Assembly: GCA_965215195.1 (NCBI GenBank)
Contig: CBDCDC010000002.1
Location: forward strand, 2,944,001 to 3,008,000
DNA: 64,000 nt
Reading direction: 5' to 3'
Origin: Candidatus Latescibacterota bacterium
Lineage (GTDB): Bacteria > Latescibacterota > UBA2968 > UBA8231
The translations under genes were made by a program, and so were the position numbers. The first letter of the stretch is position 1, and every line of letters begins with the position of its first letter. Below the pieces are notes generated by a model. The model did no database searches, was not told the origin of the DNA, and worked only from the letters and a program-made list of their open reading frames with translations. Positions 1 to 9,845 of the stretch are shown here, in pieces.

Positions 1-721
1 TGGCACCCTTTTGCGCGGCCGCTCTGGCGATCTCTTCGGCCGGTAGGTTGGGTCCCAGAAACGTTGAGTTCCAGCCTTCGGCTGTGGCCACGACCGCAGC
101 GAGCAAGGCACCAATCTCGTGCAATTGCCCCGCTGGCGTACTCGCGACCACGTGGGGAGCGGCTTCCGATATTTGGAAACTGGCCCGCATATTGCCGATA
201 AAGCTGCGCACCACGGCCGAAGCCATGTGTTCGTCGGCCACCCGCAAAGTGCCCTCCTGCCACATCTGGCCGACGCGCTCCATCAGCGGCTGGATTACTT
301 CTTGAAAAAGATGCCGTTGGCTCAATGCTATGGAGGCGCGAACCAATTGCTCTTCGAGCAAGACCGCGTCCAGCGCTTGCACTGCGACTAAGGCTCGTTC
401 GAGGAATTCGCCGGCGTCTTTTTCCGCGCCCTCTCCAGCGGTCGGCCTCGGAGGCAACGGCGCCGCTGCTTGCTCGGCGCGGACCAGCTTCACCAGCTCG
501 GGCGTGGGGAGACGGGCGATGCGGCCAATGCTCTGTCCGGCTTGCACCGCCTGCTGCAACCACTGCAGGCGCGCGATGTCCTCGTCCGAATAAAGCCGTC
601 TGTTGGTCGCCGTCCGGGCGGGCACCACGGCTTGATAGCGCTTTTCCCAGACGCGGATGACATGGGCCGAAAGCCCGGTCCGCCGCACTACTACTTTGAT
701 ATAATGTCCCGGCGTCTCCAT
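1..721 (-). CDS. carH: MerR-family, adenosylcobalamin-binding photoregulator (CarH/LitR-like); 3' end runs off the window
   Basis: Not in the ORF track; translated by hand from ATG at 721. METPGHYIKVVVRRTGLSAHVIRVWEKRY...NRRLYSDEDI is a MerR HTH with the RxWExRY motif. MWQEGTLRVADEH is the Wx9EH motif. TPAGQLHEIG...FLGPNLP is the B12-binding HxxG motif. Confidence 0.88.
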   Translation of the reverse strand, partial: METPGHYIKVVVRRTGLSAHVIRVWEKRYQAVVPARTATNRRLYSDEDIARLQWLQQAVQAGQSIGRIARLPTPELVKLVRAEQAAAPLPPRPTAGEGAEKDAGEFLERALVAVQALDAVLLEEQLVRASIALSQRHLFQEVIQPLMERVGQMWQEGTLRVADEHMASAVVRSFIGNMRASFQISEAAPHVVASTPAGQLHEIGALLAAVVATAEGWNSTFLGPNLPAEEIARAAAQKGA

Positions 722-775
722 GGTACAGCAAACAAGCGATTTCTGCCCATCGCCACAATTTTCCGCGTACTCGTT

Positions 776-809
776 GCAAAAAAGCCGCAGCAAGCTGCGG
801 CTTTTTTGC
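776..809. terminator. Intrinsic terminator hairpin downstream of the fasciclin gene
   Basis: Perfect palindrome GCAAAAAAGCCGCAGC-AA-GCTGCGGCTTTTTTGC with A/T tracts on both sides. Confidence 0.85.
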
Positions 810-825
810 GCCGGAGTTTAGTGGC

Positions 826-1365
826 TTAGCGAGCCTGCTGCTTGACCATGCCCCAAGTACTGCTCTCGACAGCGGTAGCAATTGGAGGCAGGAGCACCGC
901 ATCAATGATGTGGATTACCCCATTACTGGCGGCCACGTCAGCTTGGACGACATTGGCATTGTTGATCAGCACGCCGCTGTCGCTAACGCTGATATTGATC
1001 GAAGCACCATTGAGGGTGGCAGCCGAATCCAGTCCCACTACGTCGGCGGCCAAGACCGAGCCGGAGACGACGTGATAGAGCAGGATCGAGATCAGCAGTT
1101 CCTTATTCTCGGGCAACAGCAGCGATTCGACGGTGCCCTCTGGCAAAGCGGCGAAGGCTTCGTCAGTGGGGGCAAAGACCGTGAAGGGGCCTTCCCCCTT
1201 GAGCACGTCGACTAGTTCCGCAGCCTGAACCGCGGCGACTAGCGTGTTAAAAGTGCCAGCCCCGATGGCAACACCGACGATATCCTCGTCGTCTTGGGCT
1301 TGAGCTGGGCCTGCCCAAAGCGAAAGTGCCAGCGCCATGAGCGTGGCAATACGGGCGATGTTCAT
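826..1365 (-). CDS. Secreted fasciclin (FAS1) domain protein with C-terminal TWG motif
   Basis: Signal peptide ending AQA. FAS1 motifs [19 protein letters not shown] and [15 protein letters not shown]. Tail [25 protein letters not shown] before the ATG at 1365. Confidence 0.92.
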   Translation of the reverse strand: MNIARIATLMALALSLWAGPAQAQDDEDIVGVAIGAGTFNTLVAAVQAAELVDVLKGEGPFTVFAPTDEAFAALPEGTVESLLLPENKELLISILLYHVVSGSVLAADVVGLDSAATLNGASINISVSDSGVLINNANVVQADVAASNGVIHIIDAVLLPPIATAVESSTWGMVKQQAR

Positions 1366-1413
1366 GCGATTTCTCCTATCGTAAAGGTGTATGGAGCCGC
1401 TTCCGGCACCCAT

Positions 1414-1486
1414 TGTCTATTAAAGTGTAAGAATATGTCTATTATTTGTCAACATATATTTTAATTTTTTAGACAAAATTTTGACA
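1414..1486 (-). promoter_or_regulatory. Sigma70-type promoter for the fasciclin gene, overlapped by a probable CarH operator
   Basis: Minus strand: TTGACA (1452-1447), 17 bp, TACACT (1429-1424). Minus-strand T(A/T)GACA at 1414, 1436 and 1447; plus-strand copies at 1470 and 1481. Spacings are 11 or 22 bp. Confidence 0.7.
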
Positions 1487-1598
1487 ATCGTTAATCCGCG
1501 ATATGGTCGCAGAGGCTTTTGGTGCGGGCGATCAGCCTGCTACAACCTGGGAATAGAGGTCGGCGGTAGGATGAGTTTGCCGACGTTGGCTCTCGCTG

Positions 1599-3800
1599 CT
1601 AAAAAGCAAAGTTGAAGCCCAGCGTGGGAATTATGGGCAGTTGTTTGATCTTTTGCGGATCGACTGCGGGTTCGAGCGAATCGAGCTGCACAAACCACTC
1701 GTTGCGGCGGCTGTACACATTGAATATCTGCACGTAAAATTCGCTGTCGGCTCCCCACAACTCGAACGAGCGGCTGATGCTGGCGTCGAGGCGGTGATAG
1801 GGCAGTAGGCGGGCGCTGTTGCGCTGGGCAGGGGACGCAGAGCGTGGCGTAAATGCCTGCCCGGTGGCGTACGCCAAGTTCGCGCCGAGCCGCCATGCGC
1901 CCAGCTCGTAGGAGGCGACAAAAGACAGGTCGTGGCGGCGGTCGTGCTTGGGGGGAAAGGACTGGCCGGCATTGAGTTCGGGGAAGGTGCGCCGCGTCCA
2001 ACCGAGCGCGTAGCCGACCCAGCCGGTGAGTGGGCCGGTGCGCCGCTGTAAAAAGACCTCAACCCCGCTGGCCCAGCCCGTGCCGCCGCTTATGAACACC
2101 GCGTCTGAATGCGTGGCGTCGTTGTCATCAGGTAGTTCGGTATCCACGGTCACTAGGTTGGCGAGGTCCGCGTAATAGGCCTGCGCGGAAAGCAGGTAGC
2201 GCGGCGAAGGGGTCCACTCAATGCCGGTGACGGCCTGATAGGAGCGCCCCGGCTCGACAGTGCTGTCGAGCGGCACCCAGAAATCGCCGCCGCTGAAGGC
2301 TTCGGTGGTGATCAGTTGCAGGTGTTGGCGATACACCCCGCCCGCAGCTTTGACCCGTACTTTGTCGCTCAACCCTTGGCTCAGGGCTAGGCGCGGGGCG
2401 AAATGCCAGCGATCTCCTGTGCTGAAGTACGTCCCCCGCCCGCCTAGCTGCACCCGCGTGGTCGGCCCCGGCTGCCACTGGTCCTGCACGTAGCCTTCCA
2501 ACATCACCGACTCTTGGCGCAAGTCGAGCTGAGTCCGCTCGTTGAAAGACCGGGCAAAGTGAAATTCAAAGAGGGTGGCCAAGAAGCCCAGAGAAAGCGC
2601 GTGATCGCGGTTGGCGAAGTAATCCACGTCGCCTTTGAGCGACCAATCGCGGATGCTATTGGCGATGCGGACGGGCGCGTCGAGGAAACGGAGCGCGATG
2701 ATGCTTTCGGACGACGAGCCAGCGGCCATGAGGTGACCAAACAGGGCCGGCGCGAACACGCGCGTCCAGTGCGCTGTCAGGGCGCGGTTGCCCCAGCCCA
2801 GATCGACGAAAGACTCTTCGTCGTCTTCTAGGTTGAGCCTTAGGTCGTCTTGGCTGCAGTACGCGCTCACCGCAAAGGTGTCGTCGCCCCACCGCTGGTT
2901 GACTTTGCCGTTGAAGTCGTAGAAGTAGTAGTTCAAGGGGATGTCCACCCCACGGGAGCGAATGGCGCTGAGCACGGGTTCCAAGTAGGTGCGGCGGCCG
3001 GCCAGCATCCACGACCCTTGTCCGACGGGTCCCTCGGTGAGCAAGCGGCCTGAAATTAGACTCGCGCCGCCGCGCCCGCTAGTTCGCTTGCGGTTGCCCT
3101 CGCGGTTGCTCACGTTGAGCACCGCCCCGAGCGCGCGACCATACGCGGCCGGGTAGGCTCCCTTGTACAGATCGACCTCCTTAATGGCGTCTGGATTAAA
3201 GGTCGAGAAGAGGCCGAAGAGATGGGAAGGATTGTACAGGGGGATGTCGTCGAGGAGGATGGCCGTCTGCTCGGGAGCGCTGCCGCGCACGTACAAGCCG
3301 CTGCTGATATCCGAAACCGCTTGGATGCCCGGCAGCAGCTGTAAGCCGCGCAAGAGATCGGCCTCGCCGAGGGCGGGCATTTGCTGCACCGGCTTGGCGC
3401 GGAGGCTGATGCGCTCGGCCTCCACCGAGACCTGTGCCGGCTTGGGCACCAGCGCCAAGCTGAGCCGCACGGCCTCGTCGGCACCAAAGCGCAGGGTGTC
3501 CCACCGGGTCTGGTAGCTTGGGTGCGCCGCGCTCACCACGTGCGTACCAGCCGGTACTTGCACGACCGCGTAGTAGCCGCTGTTGTTGCTGACCGCCCCG
3601 AGTTGAAGTCCTTCGACCGAGACAGTGGCGCGGGTCAGGGCTTCGCCGTTGTCGGCATCGGTGACAAAGCCGCTCAGGGTTGCCGCCTGTGCTGTCCCTA
3701 CCGACAGCAGCCACGCCGCCAGCACTCGCCTACATTTTTTTTGCAAACTCACCTGTTTGTTGTCTCGCGTCGAGTGGCCCCCGCGCTGGGGACTAATCAC
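1599..3800 (-). CDS. TonB-dependent receptor with N-terminal carboxypeptidase-regulatory-like domain (start uncertain)
   Basis: LSGFVTDADNGEAL N-domain; plug motifs ADLLRGLQLLPGI, GLYVRG and LYKGAYPAAYG; C-terminal barrel strand PTLGFNFAF. Confidence 0.9.
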   Translation of the reverse strand: MISPQRGGHSTRDNKQVSLQKKCRRVLAAWLLSVGTAQAATLSGFVTDADNGEALTRATVSVEGLQLGAVSNNSGYYAVVQVPAGTHVVSAAHPSYQTRWDTLRFGADEAVRLSLALVPKPAQVSVEAERISLRAKPVQQMPALGEADLLRGLQLLPGIQAVSDISSGLYVRGSAPEQTAILLDDIPLYNPSHLFGLFSTFNPDAIKEVDLYKGAYPAAYGRALGAVLNVSNREGNRKRTSGRGGASLISGRLLTEGPVGQGSWMLAGRRTYLEPVLSAIRSRGVDIPLNYYFYDFNGKVNQRWGDDTFAVSAYCSQDDLRLNLEDDEESFVDLGWGNRALTAHWTRVFAPALFGHLMAAGSSSESIIALRFLDAPVRIANSIRDWSLKGDVDYFANRDHALSLGFLATLFEFHFARSFNERTQLDLRQESVMLEGYVQDQWQPGPTTRVQLGGRGTYFSTGDRWHFAPRLALSQGLSDKVRVKAAGGVYRQHLQLITTEAFSGGDFWVPLDSTVEPGRSYQAVTGIEWTPSPRYLLSAQAYYADLANLVTVDTELPDDNDATHSDAVFISGGTGWASGVEVFLQRRTGPLTGWVGYALGWTRRTFPELNAGQSFPPKHDRRHDLSFVASYELGAWRLGANLAYATGQAFTPRSASPAQRNSARLLPYHRLDASISRSFELWGADSEFYVQIFNVYSRRNEWFVQLDSLEPAVDPQKIKQLPIIPTLGFNFAF

Positions 3801-3968
3801 TACCCTAACTTAGAAGCCCTAACAAAACTGGATGTGGTGCCGAAACATATCGAGATATGGCGCGAGTTGCACCCTTGCAACGCGCCCAAATCGGCCGCGC
3901 CCTATGCCTGTCTCTTGGGACTTCGTATCTTCAGGGCCTTGCCACTACTACATACAAAGGACGGATCC

Positions 3969-5303
3969 ATGAGCACCGACCGCATTTTCCACCGCGTCAT
4001 TACCGACAACTGGCCGCAGATTTCCCACGGCAAAGACTGCTATCTCTACGCCGAAGACGGCCGCGCCTATCTCGATGCTTGCGCTGGCGTCCACGTGGTC
4101 TCCATCGGCCACGGCGTCCCGGAGATAGCTGCGGTCATGCAGGAGCAGGCCAACAAGGTCTGCTTTACCTACGCCCGCTTCCTCACCCAACCGCAAATCG
4201 ACCTCGCCGCCAAAATCGCCGCCATGGCTCCCGGCGACCTCAACCGGGTCTTCTTCGTCTCCGGCGGCTCCGAAGCTACGGAGGCCGCGCTCAAAATTGC
4301 CCGCAAGTACCACGTCGAGACCGGCAACCCGAAGAAGTACAAGGTCATCACTCGCTGGCAGAGCTGGCACGGCAACACCATCGGCGCGCTTTCCATGTCG
4401 GGCCGCTCCACTTGGCGCGAAGACTACGTGCCCTACCTGCTCGACTTCCCGCACATCGCCTTCCCCCACCCGGCTCACTGCCCGTACTGCCGTGACCGAC
4501 CCGCCTGTACGCTGGCCTGCGCCGAAGAGTTGGAAAGGGTTATCAAACAGGAGGGCAGCGAGTACATTGCCGCGTTCATCGCCGAGCCGATCTCGGGCAC
4601 TTCTTGCTGCGGCCTGATGCCGCCGCGCGATTACTTCCCCACCATCCGCGCGATCTGCGACCGCTACAACATCTTGCTGATCATCGACGAAGTAGTAACC
4701 GCCTACGGCCGCACGGGTCTCAACTTCGGCATTGAGCACTGGGACGCCATCCCAGACATCATAGCCACCGGCAAGGGCCTCGCCAGCGGGTACACGCCCA
4801 TTGCCGCCACCTTGGTCCGCGACGAGATCTACGACGGGATCTACAAAAAGCAAAATCACTACGTCCACGGGCACACCTACGGCGGCAATCCGCTCTCCTG
4901 CGCCGTTGCCCTCGCCGTGCAGGACTACATTGAGGACCACGACTTAGTCGCTCGCTGCGCCCAGATGGGCGACCTGATGCTGGAGAAGATGCAGCCCTTA
5001 ATGGACTCGCCCATAGTCAGCGCGGTGCGCGGCAAGGGCCTGCTCATCGGCGTGGAGTTTGCAAAGGCAAAGGCGACCCACACCCCCTTCGACCCGGCTC
5101 AGGGCGTGTCGGCCGCGGTGGTCAATCGCGCCTTTGCCAAAGGCGTGCTCATCATGCCCGGGTCGCCTGGGTTGATCGACGGCGTCAGTGGCGATCACAT
5201 TGCCATCAGCCCGCCCTTTACCATTAGCGAAGAGCAGGTCGAGGAGGTGGTGCAGGTGATCGCGGATGTGGTGGGAGAAATGGAGCGGGAGTTGGGATAC
5301 TGA
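3969..5303 (+). CDS. Class III PLP-dependent aminotransferase
   Basis: YLDACAG, SGGSEATE, FIAEPI, IIDEVVTAYGRTG, PDIIATGKGL (PLP lysine), HGHTYGGNP. Start taken at MSTDRIF. Confidence 0.93.
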   Translation: MSTDRIFHRVITDNWPQISHGKDCYLYAEDGRAYLDACAGVHVVSIGHGVPEIAAVMQEQANKVCFTYARFLTQPQIDLAAKIAAMAPGDLNRVFFVSGGSEATEAALKIARKYHVETGNPKKYKVITRWQSWHGNTIGALSMSGRSTWREDYVPYLLDFPHIAFPHPAHCPYCRDRPACTLACAEELERVIKQEGSEYIAAFIAEPISGTSCCGLMPPRDYFPTIRAICDRYNILLIIDEVVTAYGRTGLNFGIEHWDAIPDIIATGKGLASGYTPIAATLVRDEIYDGIYKKQNHYVHGHTYGGNPLSCAVALAVQDYIEDHDLVARCAQMGDLMLEKMQPLMDSPIVSAVRGKGLLIGVEFAKAKATHTPFDPAQGVSAAVVNRAFAKGVLIMPGSPGLIDGVSGDHIAISPPFTISEEQVEEVVQVIADVVGEMERELGY

Positions 5304-5349
5304 GATAGAGAGAATGTCGCGCATACATTCCCCATAGAGGAGGATTACC

Positions 5350-6432
5350 ATGAAACTCGGCACCTTTATGATGCCCTTGCATCCGCCGGAAAAAGACCGC
5401 ACTGAATGTTTTGCCGAGGACGTCGAGTTCGTCGTCCGCGCCGACCAGCTCGGCTTCACCGAGGCTTGGATCGGCCAGCATCACACGGTCGCGTGGGAGC
5501 CGATTCCGTCCAACGACCTCTTCATCGCCCACGTTCTGCCCCTGACGCAAAATATCCGCTTGGGCACGGGCGTCTCCATCATGCCGCAGCACCACCCGGT
5601 CAATGTCGCGGTGCGGCTGGCCTTTCTCGACCACCTATCCAAGGGCCGCTTCAACTGCGGCTTTGGCCAGGGTGGCGTCGCTACCGACTGGGGCCTTTTT
5701 GACCTGCCCGATCCCAAGACGCAAGGGCTGATGACCGTCGAGAGCATCGACATGGTTCTCAAGCTCTGGCAGGCCGAGGCCCCGTTTGATTTTGCCGGGG
5801 ATTTTTACCGCATCAAAATTGAGGATCCACAGCCAGAACTCGGCATCGGCCAACTGCTCAAGCCCTACCAGCAGCCGCACCCGCCCATTGGCATGAGCGT
5901 GATAAGAGGCGACTCCATGGCCGCGACCATGGCCGGCCAGCGGGGCTATCTGCCCATCAGCACCAATCTCGTCGCTGCTGCGACTTTGACCCAGCACTGG
6001 CAGACCTACAGCGCCGGGGCCACCGCGGCCGGTCTGCCCGCGCCCGAGCGCACCCGCTGGCGCATTTCGCGCAGCATCCTCGTGGCCGACGAAGAAGCGT
6101 GCGCTTGGGACTACGCCCTCGACGAAAAGAGTGCTTTCAACCGCGCCTTTGAATACCTGATTGCCGTACTCAGCGATGCCAAAATGCTCCACATTACAAA
6201 GCACGACCCGGACGTTCCCGACGAGCAGGTCACGCCCGAGTATTTGATCCGCAACCTGTGCATAATCGGCGACGTGCAGTCGTGCGCCGATCAGCTAGCG
6301 GGCTTGTGGGAGACGACCGGCGGCTTTGACACGCTGCTGATGATCGCCCACGACTGGGACGACCGGCCGCTATGGGAGCGCTCGATGGACCTGCTCGCCA
6401 ACGAGGTGGTGCCGCAATTGCCGTCGGTATAG
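5350..6432 (+). CDS. LLM-class (luciferase-like) flavin-dependent monooxygenase
   Basis: MKLGTFMMPLHP, ADQLGFTEAWIGQHH, IRLGTGV, LDHLSKGR, KPYQQPHPPI, SMDLLANEVVP. GGAGG RBS. Confidence 0.92.
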   Translation: MKLGTFMMPLHPPEKDRTECFAEDVEFVVRADQLGFTEAWIGQHHTVAWEPIPSNDLFIAHVLPLTQNIRLGTGVSIMPQHHPVNVAVRLAFLDHLSKGRFNCGFGQGGVATDWGLFDLPDPKTQGLMTVESIDMVLKLWQAEAPFDFAGDFYRIKIEDPQPELGIGQLLKPYQQPHPPIGMSVIRGDSMAATMAGQRGYLPISTNLVAAATLTQHWQTYSAGATAAGLPAPERTRWRISRSILVADEEACAWDYALDEKSAFNRAFEYLIAVLSDAKMLHITKHDPDVPDEQVTPEYLIRNLCIIGDVQSCADQLAGLWETTGGFDTLLMIAHDWDDRPLWERSMDLLANEVVPQLPSV

Positions 6433-6510
6433 GGAAGGCGATTTTGGACTGCCTTGGGGAGGCAAATTCCCCGTAAGCTCATAATTGCATAGAAGGCTTG
6501 AGGCGACAAT

Positions 6511-7104
6511 ATGCCCGAAACGATCCTCGACAGATGGGATATGACCCCAGAAGAGCTTACGAAGCTAGTAGAGGACAACCCTAGTCTCCGCGGCATGATT
6601 CTGGGGTACTTGGCAGAACTCAAGCTCGAAAAGCTCTGGCTGTCGGGCGACAGCGTTTCAGAAGTTATCAAGCACGATGACCACAATAAAAAAAAGAAGG
6701 GCGACCGAGTTATCCGGTACAAGGGCCAAGAGTTCATCTTTGAATCGAAGTCGCTACAGAGCGCGATGATCGAGAAGACCCAAGAAGGATGGAAGGGAAA
6801 GGCCCAAGTTGATGCAAGTGATCGCCGCGAGGTAGTGCTTCCAGACAACAGCCGCGTAACGACAACGTGTCTGCTAAAGGGGGAGTTCGATATTCTCGCG
6901 GTCAACGTGTTTGCGTTTGGAGAGAAGTGGCGGTTTGTCTTCGCCAAGAACTCTGATCTTCCCACGTCAAGTTATCGGAAGTATAGCCCATATCAACGCC
7001 AGCACCTTTTGGCGACCCTTGTAACCGTCCACTGGCCCCCGAGACCGCCATTCAGGGACGAGCCTTTCACGCTTATGAATGAGATCGTTCAGAAGCGCAT
7101 CTGA
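6511..7104 (+). CDS. Probable type II restriction endonuclease (PD-(D/E)xK fold)
   Basis: GYLAELK...[19 protein letters not shown] gives an E..D..ExK arrangement. Convergent on and overlapping a DNA methyltransferase. Lower GC than the flanks. Confidence 0.62.
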   Translation: MPETILDRWDMTPEELTKLVEDNPSLRGMILGYLAELKLEKLWLSGDSVSEVIKHDDHNKKKKGDRVIRYKGQEFIFESKSLQSAMIEKTQEGWKGKAQVDASDRREVVLPDNSRVTTTCLLKGEFDILAVNVFAFGEKWRFVFAKNSDLPTSSYRKYSPYQRQHLLATLVTVHWPPRPPFRDEPFTLMNEIVQKRI

Positions 7105-7847
7105 TCCGCGGTTTTTCCTTTGGGGACTTTTACGAATACAAGGAAATAGGAATGGTTCTTTCTTGCGTGGACCTGTTTGAGAACGCGGCTCATTCCAGGC
7201 TTGTTTGGGCGAACGACGACGAATAGGTCTTTGCAGAAGAATCCGAGCGCGGCGTAGGCGTTGATGATCTCAACGTGGGTCAGGTTCTGGCGGTTCGCAC
7301 TGACCTCATCTTGACACTTTACGATCAACACGCCGCGATCGCGCAGCACTCGATGGGCCTCGCGACCGCTGTCCTCATAGAGTTCTACAACCGCAGCGTG
7401 CCACTTCCCGCCGCCGCGCCTCGGTGCCTCATGTCCGTTGGAATAGTGATCTCGAAACGCGTTGTGCGTCCCCGCGCCTGCTTTGATCGCGTTTCCGCTG
7501 CGGAAGAACCCTTCCATGTAGGGCGGATCGAGGACGAGCGCATCGAATGACTCACTTTCGTACGGGAGATTGCGACAGTCTGTGCCGTCCGCGATATCTG
7601 AGGGATGCAAGTCGTATTTTGAAGTGTCGACGTTGCGCCAGAAGACACCCTTGCCAAATGTCACATCGGCAATTTTGGCACCTTCCTCAATGTGCAGCCT
7701 TAAAACAGCCGGGAACACATCCGCGTTATTTCCGACGTGAGCGGAGAAGACGAGGTTTGTAGTGGCGTTTCCATCTGGGCTTTTGCGGCCAGATGGCGTC
7801 CTGCTCTCGCTCGTGCCAAGGTCGAGTTCTGACTGAATCGCGTTCAT
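7089..7847 (-). CDS. Amino (N6-adenine/N4-cytosine) DNA methyltransferase
   Basis: SAM-binding ADVTFGKG followed by catalytic [10 protein letters not shown] and [13 protein letters not shown]. Confidence 0.85.
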   Translation of the reverse strand: MNAIQSELDLGTSESRTPSGRKSPDGNATTNLVFSAHVGNNADVFPAVLRLHIEEGAKIADVTFGKGVFWRNVDTSKYDLHPSDIADGTDCRNLPYESESFDALVLDPPYMEGFFRSGNAIKAGAGTHNAFRDHYSNGHEAPRRGGGKWHAAVVELYEDSGREAHRVLRDRGVLIVKCQDEVSANRQNLTHVEIINAYAALGFFCKDLFVVVRPNKPGMSRVLKQVHARKNHSYFLVFVKVPKGKTADQMRF

Positions 7848-7993
7848 ATACTTTTTCTCACTTCACTTTGTTGGGCAGGCCAATTCCCACAGTCTCCTAA
7901 TTGACACATTAGGTTGCGTTGGCAGTAGAAGGACTTAAAGGATGAATCCGAAGCTAGCGGAACCCAAAAACCCTGTCAACGCCTAAGAGGCTT

Positions 7994-8791
7994 CTATTGA
8001 CCTGTTAAAGCCCGCGCCTGTTGGCCCAATGCGATCAGATCCTCTGCAATGATCCGCAGCCGGGGCCTTGCTAGGAGCGCCGGATCGACATCGAAGGCGT
8101 GGGCTGCGTAGTGCTGCATGGACCGCAGCTTGGCCTCGCTGTCGGGCCAAGTGACGAACTTGAAGGCAATGTAGCGCCGCTCGGGGAATTTGCCGTAGGC
8201 CGCGTGGAAGAGGCTGTGGTGAAAAAAGACCACGTCCCCGGGCATGGTCTCCACCGCGCAAGACGGGATGTCCTCGCCCCTCGCCCCGAAGCTGTCGCCG
8301 ATGGTGCCGTCCTTGAAGTGATGAGCCTGCAAAGGCCACAACCACTCGTGGAAGGGCATGCGGTGCGAACCGGGAATCACCCGCAGTGCGCCCTGCTCTT
8401 TGGTGGTGGGCGTCAGGTAGAGCATCACCTTGAGCCGCCGATACGCAGTCTCTGCACTCCCCGGCCGATCCGCGTGCCAATTGTGCTCCCCCTTCTCGGT
8501 ATGCCCCTCCTTGTTGCCCTCCGAGCCCGACCACAGGAAATCGGGTCCTAAGAGGTCGGCTACCACCTCGAAAATGCGGTCGTCCTCGGCTAAGTCCAAA
8601 AGCCGGGGGTTTCGCTCGGCAAAAGGCGCAAGGCCCTGGTGTTGGCCGTCGTCGGGTTGGCCGCCCCGGTCCTCGCGCCACACTTGGTCGGCGGCTTGGG
8701 TAATCTCGGCCATCTCGTGCGGGGAAAAGGCTTGGCGCAGGCAGAAAAAGCCAAAGACGTCAAAGTGCTCTTTTTGTTTCGGCGTCAGCAT
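7994..8791 (-). CDS. Phytanoyl-CoA dioxygenase (PhyH) family protein
   Basis: FDVFGF...WHAD...LYL...GALRVIPGSH...PGDVVFFHHSLFH (HxD...H triad). Confidence 0.9.
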   Translation of the reverse strand: MLTPKQKEHFDVFGFFCLRQAFSPHEMAEITQAADQVWREDRGGQPDDGQHQGLAPFAERNPRLLDLAEDDRIFEVVADLLGPDFLWSGSEGNKEGHTEKGEHNWHADRPGSAETAYRRLKVMLYLTPTTKEQGALRVIPGSHRMPFHEWLWPLQAHHFKDGTIGDSFGARGEDIPSCAVETMPGDVVFFHHSLFHAAYGKFPERRYIAFKFVTWPDSEAKLRSMQHYAAHAFDVDPALLARPRLRIIAEDLIALGQQARALTGQ

Positions 8792-8936
8792 TGGCCGTCC
8801 TCCTCGTGTAGCGAATTATAGATCGGCAAAATAGAAAAGGGCCGCGCCGACACCAACCTTATAAAGACGCTCGACGCGGAAGATGAGTAGGGGCAGCGCG
8901 TGGACACAGCCCGACGCGGCCCTTAAATTTACCGCT

Positions 8937-9767
8937 ATGACTTCCACGCCTTGGACCCCAGTCGAAGCCCCGATCGAGCAAATCCTCGCCCAGTACCCCG
9001 AGCCGCTGATGGCCCTAGCGCACGGCGAGGTGCCGGCCTTTGTGCTGCGTCAGCACTACAATCCCGCCCATTGCCGGGCGCTGATGCGGCGCTTCTACGA
9101 GCGCAGCCTGCTCTACGACCCCCACGAGGTCGGCGATGGCCAAGCGCGTCGCGTGGATATTGGCACCAGTTTCGGTCACCATCACCGCGACCGCGACCAA
9201 TTCCACGCTCACTCCGCGGCGACGCTGGCGTTGTTTGACACCCTTTTCGATGGGTACGACGATCCGGTCCGCACTATGTACGATGCCCTCGCCCAGCTCG
9301 CGCCCGGCAAAGCGGTCAAGACTGCGTGCGAGCCGGACGGTCGCCTCTACGGCCCGGCCATCTTCCGCGTCTATCACCGGGAAAGCGGGCACGGCCCACA
9401 CTACGACTCGGTCGCCAAACGCACTCGGGCTTTTGAGTACCAGATTTCGCGTTTCAAACACCAGTTTGCTGGGGTACTCTGCTTTCAGAACAGCACCAAG
9501 GAAGGCGGCACCGGGGAGCCGTACCTGTACAACTGTCCCTTCCGCCCGGCACTCGCCGAGCATCTCGGACGCGAGCAATTTGCGGCCTACGTCGCCCGCG
9601 AGCGCATCGAGCGCGTCCAAGTTCAGCTCGAACCCGGCGACCTCTACTTTTTCTTTAGCGAAAACATCCACGAGGTGCCCGCGGTCGTCGGCGACCAGCC
9701 TCGGGCGGTGCTGGCCATTTTCTTTGCCATGTCCCCGGACGACAGCGAGATCTACGTCTGGTCTTGA
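8937..9767 (+). CDS. 2OG-Fe(II) oxygenase superfamily protein
   Basis: PHYDS (HxD), LEPGDLYFF...NIHEV...R. Start taken at MTSTPW. Confidence 0.75.
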   Translation: MTSTPWTPVEAPIEQILAQYPEPLMALAHGEVPAFVLRQHYNPAHCRALMRRFYERSLLYDPHEVGDGQARRVDIGTSFGHHHRDRDQFHAHSAATLALFDTLFDGYDDPVRTMYDALAQLAPGKAVKTACEPDGRLYGPAIFRVYHRESGHGPHYDSVAKRTRAFEYQISRFKHQFAGVLCFQNSTKEGGTGEPYLYNCPFRPALAEHLGREQFAAYVARERIERVQVQLEPGDLYFFFSENIHEVPAVVGDQPRAVLAIFFAMSPDDSEIYVWS

Positions 9768-9845
9768 GGGGCCGCTCTTAATTTTTATCGATAGCACAAA
9801 ACGCACCCGGCAAGCATTTTAAGGTCTTTTCGCCCTCCTTATGGT

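Noticed and set aside
48-829. Five short plus-strand ORFs in the track
   Set aside because: Antisense shadows of the CarH-like gene on the minus strand, which has clear family motifs.
1-1500. Cobalamin riboswitch near the B12-binding regulator or the TonB receptor
   Set aside because: No B12-box or conserved GGGAA...GCCACTG core recognised by eye; an Infernal scan would settle it.
1540-1600. Minus-strand peptide RANVGKLIL resembling a quinone-oxidoreductase C-terminus
   Set aside because: Too short to distinguish from chance.
3809-3940. TTAGAAGCCCTAACAAAAC, resembling an IS5-type end
   Set aside because: No matching inverted partner or target duplication found.
3381-3968. 196-aa N-terminal extension of the aminotransferase ORF
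   Set aside because: Overlaps the TonB receptor on the opposite strand; homology starts at MSTDRIF (3969).
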